DNA of 64,000 nucleotides from assembly GCF_006345805.1 (NCBI RefSeq), contig NC_043005.1:70680001-70744000 (forward strand). The letters run 5' to 3'. Below the pieces are notes generated by a model. That model worked only from the letters and a program-made list of their open reading frames with translations. It was not told the DNA's origin and made no database searches. This document shows, in pieces, positions 25,201 to 39,359 of the stretch. The stretch is from Octopus sinensis. Lineage: Eukaryota. Both the position numbers and the translations under genes were made by a program. Every line of letters starts with the position of its first letter. Within the stretch, counting starts at the first letter, position 1.

Positions 25201-25719
25201 GTGTCTATATACACGCATTCATGCACACACTCATATACAGTTTATGTACATGCGCATTATATATATACATACACATATATGGATATGTTTGTGTATATGT
25301 GTGTGTGGGGGGGGGGGAGTCTGTGATGGGGGGTTGTCTGTCTGTGTCTGTGTGCTCATATATAATCAGTAACTTGAAAACTTCATCTATAAAATTAGGA
25401 TAAATTTGAAAAGTTTGATGTTATACATATTTTTTTTTCTTTTGATTGTTGATTGAAAGAAAAATATAAGAAGTTAAATTTGATTAAGAGAGACTAGAAT
25501 CTTGTCTCTGTCTGATGAATGGACTTTCAATGCCTTGGCACCACACACATTCTATGTCTCCTACGGTCTGATGTTGAAGTCATTTAAACAGTCAGTTAGA
25601 CACAAATTAACCATTACATAGCAATTTGTCACTAACTTTCTTTAAATGACACAAACATTAGACAGACTACTACGGTCAGTTTTAATGTAAACCTATCAAC
25701 CAGAACCACCAACAACACT

Positions 25720-27330
<1,611 letters not shown>

Positions 27331-27721
27331 TTGTTAGTGTGTTTATTGACTTGAGAATAACAAGTAATGAGCTGTGACCATTTCAATAGCCACAACTAAC
27401 ACCACAACCGCAGCCACGACCACCACCACTCAACAAGCAGAACAACTAATTATTCTGAGCTTTCACTCCATGATTGGTATTACGGCGCGACTCTATTCAT
27501 CAGAATTGACTCGACATGGCAAATGTCAGGCAAAGCAGCTATTTGAATATCATATGCCGTCATTCTACTCCTATTATACTGATTGACACAAAAACAAAAA
27601 TAAAAAAAAATAATGGTAATAAAGAAATGAATGAATAAAAGAGAATGTAAAAAAAAAACAAAACAAAACAAAAGAAAGGACATCTTAATAGCATATTGCT
27701 GAGAGCTGATTTCAATAATTG

Positions 27722-28030
27722 AAGGTGTGTGCATGTGTGTGTGTGCATGTGTGCATGTGTATATGTGTTTGCGTGTGTGTGTATGTGTGTGTGTGTGTTT
27801 GTGTATGTGCATGTGTGTGTGTGTATTTGTGTGTATGTGCATGTGTGTGAGTGTGTTTGTGTGTGTGTGTGTATGTTTGTGTATGCACATGTGTGTGTGT
27901 ATGTGCATGTGTGTGTGTGTGTATTTGTGTGTGTATATGTGCATGCGTGTGTGTGAGTGTATTTGTGTGTGTGTGTGTATGTTTATGTATATGCATGTGT
28001 GTGCATTTGTATGTATGTGCATGCGTGTGG
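27722..28030. repeat. Degenerate (GT)n/(GTAT) microsatellite
   Basis: Direct reading. Confidence 0.92.
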
Positions 28031-28915
28031 GGTGGGGGTGAGTAGCCACAACTACAAGAATTATTACAATAGCTTCAATGATGATAATGATGATGATGAG
28101 GATGATGATAATGACGATGACGACAACGACGACGATGACAACAGAAGAAGTTAGAGAAATTAAAAAAATCAAAGTGACAATAATGAAAATGACAACAAAA
28201 ACACAAACAGCCACAAGATATAATTATAACAATGACAAAAGAAACAATAACGATGATGATAATAGTGATGATGAAAATGAGGAGGAGGTGGAGGAGGCAG
28301 AAGCGGATCTTAATGGTCATCTGTCTGATGATGTCAAACTGAAACAGTATCAAATATATTTTGTGGTTACCCTATACTTTTGTGTGTGTGTGTGTGTGTA
28401 CGAGTGTAATTTTGCGGGGGCAGGGCAATTCTTTTATTGATTTTAATGCTTTAATTAGAAGAGGAACTGTAGAGGACAGAACTGTTTTGTAAGGCCACTA
28501 GGACAGGTGGAAGAGTTAGCAGAATCTCTTCATAGCCACAGAACAGAGAACTAGAGACCTGGTCTTTATACTTGCGATAGACTAGAACCTAGACTCCGCT
28601 AAAGCACCCCAGAGATCATAAAGAGATGTTAAACTGGGTATCAGATAAAATCTACCATTCACCATCTGGTACAATACATCTGATGAGTAGCTGCACATTT
28701 TCTGTCTATGAAATGTCTCTTATCAAGCTTAGGTTGATTCAAGATGATGTGTGGCTAGGGTCGTGTGCAGCAGAATCAGTCACAGAAACACATGGATGCA
28801 AATTGAAAATCTTAATCAGATGACCATGTCTGTAAACATTGCTTGTACATGCTTTGTTCCATGCTAGTATAAAATACTAAGATAGAACACATGAAATCTT
28901 TGATTGGACCGACAG

Positions 28916-29276
28916 TTGGCACTCCGTCAGTTACAACGAGTGTTCCAGTTGATCTGATCAATGGAACAACCTGCTCGTGAAATTAACGTGCAAGTGGCTG
29001 AGCACTCCATAGACACGTGTACTCTTAACGTAGTTCTTGGGAGATTTAGCGTGACGCAGAGTGTGACAAGGCTGGCCCTTTGAAATACAGGTACAACAGA
29101 AACAGGAACAAAGAAAGTTGTGGTGAAAGGGTACAGCAGGGTTCACCACAACCCCCTGCCAGAGCCTCAGGGAGCTTTAGGTGTTTTTGCTCAATAAACA
29201 CTCCCAATGCTCGGTCTGGGAATTGAAACCGCGATCCTAAGACTGCGAGTCCACTGCTCTAACCACTGGGCCTCCA
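28916..29276 (-). mobile_element. tRNA-derived SINE family C, long subfamily
   Basis: Minus head GGAGG..CCCAGTGGTTAGAGCAGTGGACTCGCAGTCTTAGGATCGCGGTTTCAATTCCCAGACC matches 63118-63324. Confidence 0.85.
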
Positions 29277-29440
29277 CTATAGTTAGTAGTGCACTGGATT
29301 ACAGGTAAGTTCACCACCATCAATTCACTGTGAAGAAAGTTCAACATAAGGAAAATTTACCGTGAGGAAAGTTTACCAAAAAAATATATCCATAGTAACT
29401 GACCATTAATAGTTAAAAACTATTTTATTAAAAAAAAAAT

Positions 29441-29565
29441 GGTGAATTGATGACAGGGAATCTACCCCACAGTGAACTGATGACAGTGAATCTACCCCTA
29501 AGTGAATTGATCAGTGAACCTACCCTGCAGTGAATTGATGACAGTGAACCTACTCCACAGTAAAT
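29441..29565. repeat. ~29-bp minisatellite (4 units) with an inverted copy at about 29303-29332
   Basis: Unit AGTGAATTGATGACAGTGAA(T/C)CTACCCC... Confidence 0.85.
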
Positions 29566-30461
29566 TTTAAAATATATAGTTAAAAATATTTTAACTGTAA
29601 TTTATCTACCTCTTTTTCAAAGGGCCAAACATCCAAGACCTTATTATGCAAATTGTAATTGTACTTTTTGAAGATGGTATGGAGTGAATTAAGAGAGAAA
29701 TTTAGCTGTTATTTCTAACAGGTTGAATGACTTCTTGAAACTACTTTATTGTTTCATCTGTTATGCACTTAACAACATATGACATGACAATCAGAAGTTT
29801 TTCTATTTTTTGGTGTCTTTTCATGAAATTTAATGGTTAAATTGAGCAGACCAGGTAACAACAAAAAAGTTAACATACTGACATTTTAGTTGAAATTGTC
29901 ATTGTTGCAAGCAGAACTGGTAAATAAAATATTCCTGAGAACATTAACAGCCAAGCTAAAATTGGGTTAGATATTGCATACATAACATGACTGTTCATGT
30001 GACAACGCAAATAAAAGTTAACGAGAAAAACCTACGCAGGTATGTTAGAAATAAGTGGCGTATATTAAATTAAAATAATGCTTTTATATCTTTATAAGGT
30101 GTTAGTATTTGGCTGAGTTTATGAGTTCTAATATATAATTAAAAACAATGTTACCTTTAATTAACATTTATCTGTTTCCAGTAGAACGTTACATTTATTC
30201 ATGTCAGAGTTTGATTAATTATTTACTGATTATTTGAACTGTTTTGTATTTTTAGCTTTTAATCTCTTTGTTTGCGACAATCAAAGCAAAAAACAACAAT
30301 AATAGTATACGACTATAACATTGACAAGAGGAATAACAATGATACACATAATAATGATGATTATAGCTGTGATGTAGCAGAATCAGATTTTTACAGTCAT
30401 ATGTCTTATGATGTCAATCTGAAACTATATTAAATACATTTTGAGACTCCCTTTATGACAC

Positions 30462-30630
30462 AAGCATGGCTGTGTGGTTAAGCAGCTTCCTTCCCAATCA
30501 TGTGATCGTAGGTTCAATCCCACAGCATAAAACCTTGGCCAAGTGTCTTCAACTGTAGCCCCACATCCACTCAAAAGACCAAAGCCTTGTGAGTGAGTTT
30601 GGTATCTGGAAACTACAAAAAGCCTTGTTC
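30462..30630 (+). mobile_element. SINE family B, 5' half
   Basis: ATGGCTGTGTGGTTAAGCAGCTT...GGTTCAATCCCAC...CTTGGCCAAGTGTCTTC. Confidence 0.8.
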
Positions 30631-30674
30631 TATGTGTGTATGTATGTATATATGTATAAATCTATCTATCTATC

Positions 30675-30724
<50 letters not shown>

Positions 30725-31126
30725 TGCACACACAAACACACACACACACAATCAAAATGCCCCACCCCCGTCCAATGGAGGATACTAAATTGTAAAACAT
30801 TTAAACCAAATTTTCTCAAAACAAGTTGTCTGACCGTTCCAAAGGCCTCCCCTTTGAGAAACACTGATTTAACCTAAATTTGAGACACCAGCAAAAGAAG
30901 AAATAAAGATAGATTTTTTTTTTTTCCAAAGAAAAATGATTTTATTCACACAAATATGCATTTATTTTGACAAGTCAAGCAACCACAAACAAGTGGAACA
31001 GAAGAATATTTCCCCCATAGATTTTTATTGATTTGTTTGGCTAAATTAAATTGTCAAATCTTAATACTCGAACAAATGCTCATTTTCCCTCTGGAAATCT
31101 GCCTTTTATTTGGCATTACTGTTTAA

Positions 31127-31346
31127 TCCTTTAGCATCTACATGGGCCACATGTGGCTCAAATATAATATCAATTTTATACTGAAATAGGTCAGATCTGA
31201 CCTCTCACACCTGACCTGCAATTCCATTCTGAAATGAGCAAATCACATCATTAAAATCTTGAAGCTACAGGATAAAGCATGATTAATGCAACACATTATG
31301 AATGAAAAATCATTATATTTGCTAGATTTATTTGAATGCCAAAGGG
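31127..31346. mobile_element. piggyBac-like MITE
   Basis: TTAA (31123-26)-TCCTTTAGCAT ... AATGCCAAAGGG-TTAA (31347-50). Confidence 0.7.
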
Positions 31347-31443
31347 TTAATTCGTTTTTTACTATATTTTTGTATACATGCAGTGCCCTCATTCAAATTA
31401 ATTTAGCAAATAATTAAAAATTTAGCAAAGTAATTTTGTCATT

Positions 31444-31705
31444 GTGGAGGCATGTGGCTTAGTTGTTAGGGTGTCAGCACCATGATCGTAAGATTGTGGT
31501 TTCGATTCCTGGATCAGGCGACGCGTTGTGTTCTTGAGCAAAATACTTCATTTCACGTTGCTCCAGTCCACTCAGTTGGCAAAAATGAGTAACGCTGCGA
31601 TGGACTAGCGTCCTGTCCAACTAGGGAACACATATGCCATAGAAACCGGGAAACCAGGCCCATGAGCCTGGCTAGGCTTTAAAAGGGCACAAGAAGAGAA
31701 GAAAG
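31444..31705 (+). mobile_element. Full-length SINE family C with a 12-bp TSD
   Basis: Head GGAGGCATGTGGCTTAGTTGTTAGGG, B-box GGTTTCGATTCC; TSD AATTTTGTCATT at 31432-43 and 31706-17. Confidence 0.9.
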
Positions 31706-32631
31706 AATTTTGTCATTAATTAACCTGGTGTCTGAAACATAAATTACCATGAAATCTTGATGGAGGGGTTTAATTTAAATCCATTTAAAACAGAGAGTTC
31801 AAATCAGAACCAGGGGCAGTCTCAGGCAGTTTGGTATAAAATGAGTTAAATACTACTTTGTCTAAGAGTCATGCAATGAAAAGACACACAGAATAGACAC
31901 AAACTTATCATTTGCACTGGAATATATCCGAGACCCTTTTACTCAACAAATTGCTTGCCTCTTTTACACCAGCCATAGGCTTGTTTCAACAGAATCGACT
32001 AGAAATAACCAAAAACAACAACAAATGTATCAACACCTCCTGAAATACATGCAAATATCCATATTTAATAATGAATCAGGTTTAAACTAACCTGACATTT
32101 TATCTGCATGCATACAAGTATGAAGTTGACTAAAAAATATTTAAAATAAAGTAAATTAAACAGAAAGTTTGAAATGATGTTACAAATTGCTTTCTTTAAA
32201 TCTAACAGTATTTTTTTATTTTTTCCTAGTCATATAAAATATATATGTCAATAAAATCAAAGCTAGCGTGAAATGAAAATTTGATGCTATCATTTCCATA
32301 AATCAGCAACCGTTTTCTGTTGAGTCAATCACTTTTAAGTAAGTGCCACACTGTGATGCAATCTATCACAGCAACACTTCCAATGGTATTTCACTGCAGG
32401 ATATTTTACACCTGTGTTGTTTGATATATGAACTCAGCTATGAGAAATATTTAATGTCTTTTTCATTTATATTTGTCACTCCAAGATGGATTTATCCCTC
32501 TGCTTGTTGAAATTTATTCATGCATCATTATCATTATGTGTGTGTATATATATCATCATCATCATCATCATCATCATTCTTTAGCATAGAAAGCAGACGT
32601 TAAAGGATGATGATGATGATCATCATCATCA

Positions 32632-33152
32632 TCGTTTAGCATCCGCTTTCCATGCTAGAATGGGTTGGACGGTTCAACTGGGGTCTGGGAAGCCAGAAGG
32701 CTGCACCAGGCCCAGTCTGACTGGCAATGTTTCTACAGCTGGATGCCCTTCCTAACGCCAACCACTCCGTGAGTGTAGTGGGTGCTTTTTATGCGCCACC
32801 AACACAGGTGCCAGGTGAGGCTGGCAACGGCCACGGTTGGATGGTGCTTTTTACGTGCCACCGGCACGGAGGCCAGGTGAGGCTGACAACGGCCACAGTT
32901 GGACGGCCTCCGTGCTGGTGGCACGTAAAAAGCACCAACTGATCGTGGCTGTTGCCAGCCTTGCCTGGTACCTTCACCGGTGGCACGTAAAAATCACCCA
33001 CTACACTCACGGAGTGGTTGGCATTAGGAAGGGCATCCAGCTGTAGAAACACTGCCAGATCAGACTGGAGCCTGGTGCAGCCTCCTGGCTTCCCAGACCC
33101 CGGTCGAACCATCTAACTCATGCTAGCATGGAAAACAGACATTAAACGATGA
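32632..33152. mobile_element. Fold-back pair of family D SINEs in head-to-head orientation
   Basis: 32632-32880 and about 32905-33152 are reverse complements (CAGCTGGATGCCCTTCCTAACGCCAACCACTCCGTGAGTGTAGTGGGTG vs CACCCACTACACTCACGGAGTGGTTGGCATTAGGAAGGGCATCCAGCTG). Confidence 0.92.
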
Positions 33153-33154
33153 TG

Positions 33155-33185
<31 letters not shown>

Positions 33186-33190
33186 GCATT

Positions 33191-33231
<41 letters not shown>

Positions 33232-33232
<1 letters not shown>

Positions 33233-33782
33233 AATGCCCTGATGCAATACCAGGCAGTGGCTTTCATGGCTTCTGATCTTATATGACTGGAAGTGTTAAC
33301 ATGTGCATGTCTTGTCTTGGTATAAAAAAATGGGCTACACTGAATGTTCTGCTCAATACTGTAGATTTACTTGTCAGTTGCTTTGCCTTAACCAGTTGAG
33401 CATGACCCTTACTGGGTGATGTTTTGTGCATCTCTGATTAATAGCAGGAGTAGTGGGGGAGCATCATAGTCATGTGTGGAGAGGGTTTCTTTGGGGTTTG
33501 AATAATTCAACCCTAGAAATAAGGGTATATCCTTAAACAACCTTCATTTAAAAATCTTTTGAGTGGGATGGGCCACTCAACCTGAAGAAAATATCAGCTG
33601 GGTCCCACCAGCAAGGTCATATGCTGTTTACTTTGATATGAGGTCAGTGAGTCATGCAGATATGGTTGTGGCACATCTGACTGATGTACCCTTAGGAGAT
33701 GGGTAGTCATGATGGGTATATTGGGCTTTGTATATTTGTACCCTAGTGTTTCTTTGATGGTGTGTGCTGCTCTCCTACTCAG
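33232..33782. mobile_element. Unclassified ~550-bp repeat, inverted relative to 34367-34914
   Basis: Begins AAATGCCCTGATGCAATACCAGGCAGTGG, the reverse complement of the 34914 end; trinucleotide tracts on both sides. Confidence 0.85.
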
Positions 33783-33825
33783 TAATAATAGTAATAATAT
33801 ATATATAAACCATATATATATATAT

Positions 33826-34075
33826 ACAGGGGTTGGACAAAATAATGGAAACAGCTTAAAATTTCAAACAAATTTATTTTAATATGGAGTAGGACCGCCT
33901 TTGGCAGTAATTACAGCTAGAATTCTATTAGGTGTGGACTCGTACAAAGTTTGAATTTCTTCCAAAGGAAATTTTGTCCATTCTTCAGCTAAAACAGTCT
34001 CCAGTTCTTGTGATGATGGTGGAGGATATCGAATCCTGTTTTTCTAAAATGCACCATAAATATCAATAAGTTGAG
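33826..34075 (-). mobile_element. Tc1-like element 3' end
   Basis: TA-CAGGGGTTGGACAAAATAATGGAAACA terminus; minus frame SQELETVLAEEW...EIQTLYESTPNRILAVITAKGGPTPY*. Confidence 0.8.
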
Positions 34076-34159
34076 CATTGGAGCAAATGTAATTGGCTTA
34101 ACCCTCCAAACTTGCAAGCCTTGTGCCAAAATTTGAAACCATTATTATTATTTGCAAGA

Positions 34160-34345
34160 TGATGAGCTCTCAGAATTGATAGCATGTGTGGCAAAATGCT
34201 TAGCAGTATTTCATCTCTCTTTATGTTCTGAGGTCAACTTTGTCTTTCATCTTTCCAGGGTTGATAGATTAAGTACCAGTTGAACACTGTGATCAATAAT
34301 TGGTTTAACATCTCCCCAGAAAATTGATGATCTTATACCAAAATT
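34160..34345 (+). mobile_element. SINE family A, degenerate
   Basis: GATGAGCTCTCAGAATTGATAGC head; CAACTTTGTCTTTCATC core. Confidence 0.65.
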
Positions 34346-34366
34346 ATTATTATTATTATTATTATT

Positions 34367-34912
34367 GAGTGAGAGAACAGTGCATGCCATCAAAGTTACA
34401 CTGGGGTAAAATATACGAAGCACAGTATACCCATCATGACTACCCGTCTAATAAGGGTACACCAGGCACATGCATCACAACCATATGTGCATGACATGGA
34501 GATCTCATATCAAGATAAACAGCACATGAACTTGCAGGTGGGGCCCAGTTAGAATTTTCTTCTGGTCGAGTAGCCATCCTGCTCAAAACGTCCCTGAATA
34601 AGGATTGCTTAAGGATGTTGAACGAACCACCCATGTTTCCAAAGGTGAATTATCCAAACCTCTAAGAATTACTTTCAACACACGGCTATGATGCTCCCCC
34701 ACTACTACTGCTTGTGATCAGAGATGCACATATCGTCAGCCACTAAGGGACATGCTCAACTGGTTAAGGTCAAACAAGTGACAAGCAAATCTGTGGTATT
34801 TAGCAGAATATTTTCTGTAGCCCATCTTTTATACCAAGACAAAATAATGTACACTTCCAATCAGTTAAGATCAGCAGACATGAGAGCTACTGCCTGGTAC
34901 TGCATCAGGGCC

Positions 34913-34914
<2 letters not shown>
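34367..34914. mobile_element. Unclassified ~550-bp repeat, full copy embedded in (ATT)n
   Basis: Flanked by (ATT)n on both sides; homologous to 33232, 36237 and 14062. Confidence 0.88.
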
Positions 34915-34958
<44 letters not shown>

Positions 34959-34979
34959 TATTATTATTATTATTATTAA

Positions 34980-35079
<100 letters not shown>

Positions 35080-35547
35080 GTTGTCATCCATCTTTTCAAC
35101 ACATTCATGGCTTTCTACTGTACCATTTGATGAAATTTCTCTGCTTTTGGGATGTATGCAGTGTAACTTTTATTTTTTTTTAATCATTTTTTGGGGTATG
35201 AAAGATGTAAAAATGAATTTATGATCTACACATATTTTCTTTTGCTGTGACTCACTTTTTCTCACTTTTGCTGTTGATTTATTAATGTTTCATCTGTTTG
35301 TTTTGCAGATCATATTTAACAAATAGACTGTTATTTTGTTGAGCAGTTATTGAATAGAACACTAGTTCTCAATATTCTATGTCTCAGTGAACTCTTTCAT
35401 CAAAGGGCATTTTTCAAATGCCCCTTCACCATGTATTTTGTCTCTCTCAAAAGGCAAAACATTGGTGCAATGGTTTATTATTCAAACATTTGTATATGCC
35501 TCTTTCTTTTTATTTTTTTTTCTTGTATGGTATAGTGAATTTTATGC

Positions 35548-35960
35548 GTGGTAAGAGGTTTGCTTCCCAACCACATGGTTCTGAGTTCAATCCCACTACA
35601 TAGCATCTTAGGCAAGAATCTTCCCCTATAGTCTCAGGTCAATTAATGTCTAGTGAGTAGATTTGGAAACTGAAAGACACCCACCATATATGTGTATGCA
35701 TGCGTGTGTGTGTGTGTGTGTGTGTGTGCATGCATGTGTATGTGTATGCATGTGTGTGTGTGTCTTTGTGTCTGTGTTTTTACCCCACGCCTGCACTGTT
35801 TGGCAACCACTATTGGTGTGTTTACATCCCAATAACTTAGCAGCTCATCAAAAGAGATGAACAGAATAAGTACTGGAATCGATTCCTTTAACTAAAAATT
35901 CTTCAAGGTGGTGTCCCAGCATGGTCACAGTCTAATGACTGAAACAAATAAAAGATTAAA
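35548..35960 (+). mobile_element. SINE family B, full length
   Basis: Head GCGTGGTAAGAGGTTTGCTTCCCAACCACATGG, internal (GT)n, tail AATGACTGAAACAAATAAAAG. Confidence 0.85.
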
Positions 35961-36236
35961 GATAAAATACAAAACAGATTACAAAAGGAAGCCAATGACT
36001 TAACCCTTTAAAGTTCAAGTTGCTCTGTAAAATGTCCTGCTTTTGCTCTCCCTGCTAGTGATGCATTGTATTTAAAAGGGTGCAGAGCATTGCACCAAAA
36101 ACCAGCTGGTGGAGAATCTGCCTGGGGTTAAACTAGTAGTAACATTCAACTGCCACTTTGATGTGACAACTGGCCTTACTGTTTAGCAAATGTTACTATG
36201 CTAAACCTTTTATTATTATTATTATTATTATTATTA

Positions 36237-36675
36237 CTGAGAGAGCAGTGCATGCCATCAAAGTGACACTGGGGTAAAATATATGAAGCACAGTATACCC
36301 ATCATGACTACCCATCTAATAAGGGTACACCAGGCACATGCATCACAACCATGTGTGCACGACATGGAGATCTCATATCAAGATAAACAGCACATGAACT
36401 TGCAGGTGGGGCCCAGTTAGAATTTTCTTCTGGTCGAGTAGCCCATCCTGCTCAAAACGTCCCTGAATAAGGGTTGTTTAAGGATGTTGAACAAAACACC
36501 CATATTGACAACCAATGCTGGTGTGTTTACGTCCCCGTAACTTAGCTATTCGCCAAAAGAGACCGATAGAATAAGTACTACGTTTACAAAGAATGAGTCC
36601 TGGGGTTGATTTGCTCAACTAAAGGTGGTGCTCCAGCATGGCTGCAGTCAAATGACTGAAACAAGTAAAAGAGTA
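36237..36675 (+). mobile_element. Partial ~550-bp repeat (36237-36500) fused to a family B SINE 3' half (36505-36675)
   Basis: First part is nearly identical to 34367-34635; second part matches family B. Confidence 0.85.
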
Positions 36676-37837
36676 TATATAGGTTGCTGGAGGATTAACA
36701 GAATCATTCAAGCATTGTTTAGTTACTGCTATTTAAATTCTGAGTTCAAATCCTACCAATGACAATTTTGCTTTTTTACCCTATCAGGGTCAATAAAAAC
36801 AAATCAATTAGAGCAGAAGTCAATGGTATGGAGTAACCCCTACTAAAAACAATTTTTATTATCATTATTATTAATGTCATCATCAACATTATTTATTATC
36901 ATTATTATTTCTTTTATTTGGGACATTGATGAGAGAGGCATGCTTGATCACAACCCTGTATAATTTCCAAATTTTTCAGCTTTCACCTGAATTGTAATCT
37001 GTTCTTGTTAATAATTTTGTCATCAGAGAATGAAGCTACTTCCTTTTACTAAGTATTTTGTTTTTGTTTAGCTCAGTTCCACCAGTTAAGGGAATTGTCT
37101 ATTTTTAAATTTTGCATTTGCAAATTTCTCAATTTCCTTGGAAATAGAAGAAAAAAAACCTGGATCCCTGTGAAAAACGAAAAAAGTAATATTCAGTGGA
37201 GAGGAAAATAACACAGATGAAGTGAAAGAGATTATAATTGGAAAAAAGTGAAGAAGAGAGAGAGGAAAAGAAGGAAGGAGGGAGAGAGAGAGGGGGAGAG
37301 AAAGTGTGGCAGAACAAGAGAGAGAGAGAGAATGAGAAAGTGGCAGAGAAATGATTGCATGAAGCATCTGTTTTACTACCAACAGCGCTGTTATACAAAT
37401 GACAGATAACGTCAGAGAAAAAATTGGTGTAGTCTGCTTCAAATCAACTCGCTGAAACTGAAGAAGAAAAAAAGTTGACAATAACGATATCAAGAACACT
37501 AAAAGAGGAATAACAACAACTAAAAGAGGTATAATAACAACGACAACAACAACAAAAGTAGCTGCCACAACATCAGCAATTACAATAGCAGTAAAAAGAA
37601 CAATAATAATAAAGGTGACCAATGAGATATTTATTCCCAAGTTTTAATACAACCTAATTTGTTTTATTATCAGCAGCCCACCCAAGAAGCTGTAGAGGTG
37701 CACTGGGGACATGGATGGGTTGTTGCACCAAAGCCACAACTGCTCCTTCTCGTCTTTACATTAACAATGGGTAGCACATCATCAACTTTGACTACAACAC
37801 TACAGCAACAATAGAACAATTACTAAATATTGTAGAG

Positions 37838-38243
37838 TCGCTGTGTGGTAAGTAGCTTGCTTACAAACCACATAGTTCCGGGTTCAGTCCCACTGCATGA
37901 CACCTTGAGCAAGTGTCTTCTACTATAGCCTTGGGCCATCCAAAGCCTTGTAAGTGGATTTGGTAGACGGAACTGAAAAGAAGCCCGTTGTATATACGTC
38001 TATATGTATGTGTGTGTTTGTATATGTTTGTGTGTCAGTGTTTGTCCCCCCAACCCCAACATTGCCTGACAACCGATGCTGGTGTGTTTACGTCCCTGTA
38101 ACCTAGCGGTCCGGCAAAAGAGACCAATAGAATAAGTTCTAGGCTAACAAAGAATAAGTCCTGGGGTCGATTTGCACAACTAAAGGTGGTGCTCCAGCAT
38201 GACCACAGTGAAATGACTGAAACAAATAAAAGAGTAAAGAGTA
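37838..38243 (+). mobile_element. SINE family B, full length
   Basis: GCTGTGTGGTAAGTAGCTTGCTTAC A-box region, GGGTTCAGTCCCA B-box, CACCTTGAGCAAGTGTCTTCTACTATAGCC, (AGAGTAA) tail. Confidence 0.9.
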
Positions 38244-38755
38244 ATAAACAATCCAGCCATACCAGTCACTAGGAAATCATTTAGAAGAGGCAAGAAAATT
38301 GCAGATGAGACAGTTGGTGTGCATTTTTGTTAGGATGAGCAGATGTACTAAATAATGTTAACACACTGTAAGATGCAAAGGTGTCGATGTTAAAACTGAT
38401 CATATTTTAAACTTAACTCAAGAACAAGCTGGAAAATGGAAACACAGAATCTTTGCTTCTCATGTCAAGCATTTTGGAATAGTAAATATGAGGTTTGTCT
38501 TTAGAAAAATGGTATGAACTCATTCAATTGCCTTTTTAAAGGATGAAAAATTTCTGTTGATTCCTTGCTCTGTGTGAAATGAAGGTGAAAATTTTCTGCC
38601 AGAAATAGACTAATTTGATAGCAGATTTAACAAGTGACAGTTAGGATGAGAGGAGCAACCTTCACATAGGAATGCTCATAGGTAAAAGAATGTGTTATTG
38701 GCTACAAGGATGAAGATGAACAAACAAGCAGAACCAAAATATGTTAAAAATTTAC

Positions 38756-38866
38756 CTGACCTTTTCACTCTCCCAAATGGAATGTAGACGTCAGTAATTG
38801 GGGACAGTAGAAAGCTCAGATGGATGCCTTCTATCCAGGTCAAATCTCCATTTGAAAACTTTTCAC
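38756..38866 (-). other. Candidate 111-nt exon
   Basis: ttttcctgtag|GTGAAAAG...GGTCAG|gtaaat. One frame is open: (G)EKFSNGDLTWIEGIHLSFLLSPITDVYIPFGRVKRS(G). No homology recognised. Confidence 0.4.
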
Positions 38867-38962
38867 CTACAGGAAAACTCATGTAAAACATCAACAACTA
38901 ATCTAACAACTGCAAAAAACAACCACAAATGCAACAGTAGAAGCAGAATCTAAATAACAGGA

Positions 38963-39200
38963 AGGTGGCAAACTGGCAGAAACGTTAGTATGCCGGGCGA
39001 AATGCGTAGCCATATTTCGTCTGCCATTACGTTCTGAGTTCAAATTCCACCAAGGTCGACTTTGCCTTTCATCCTTTCGAGGTTGATTAAATAAGTACCA
39101 GTTATGCACTGGGGTCAATGTAATCGACTTAATCCGTTTGCCTGTCCTTGTTTGTCCTCTCTGTGTTTAGCCCCTTGTGTGTAGTAAATAAATAGGTATC
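38963..39200 (+). mobile_element. SINE family A, full length
   Basis: Close match to 59797-60024. Confidence 0.9.
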
Positions 39201-39359
39201 TTGCTAGTATTTACGTTTTATTTAGCCCCTTGTGGACAGTAAAAGAAATAAGAATCTAAACAACAAGATCCAAAAATAAATAGACAATTAAAGAAGCAAC
39301 AGTGGTATCCACTGCAACAACAAGAACTAAAAGAGCAACAGATGCAATAACAGCCGTTG

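Noticed and set aside
28675-28730. CTGATGAG...GAAA motif as a hammerhead
   Set aside because: Stem I does not pair and stem III cannot form.
29441-29565. 29-bp repeats as a CRISPR array
   Set aside because: The units are contiguous with no unique spacers, the context is eukaryotic and no cas genes are present.
37086-37640. 184-aa hydrophobic ORF as a membrane protein
   Set aside because: It is the reverse complement of A/G-rich and (ACA)n low-complexity sequence and has no family motif.
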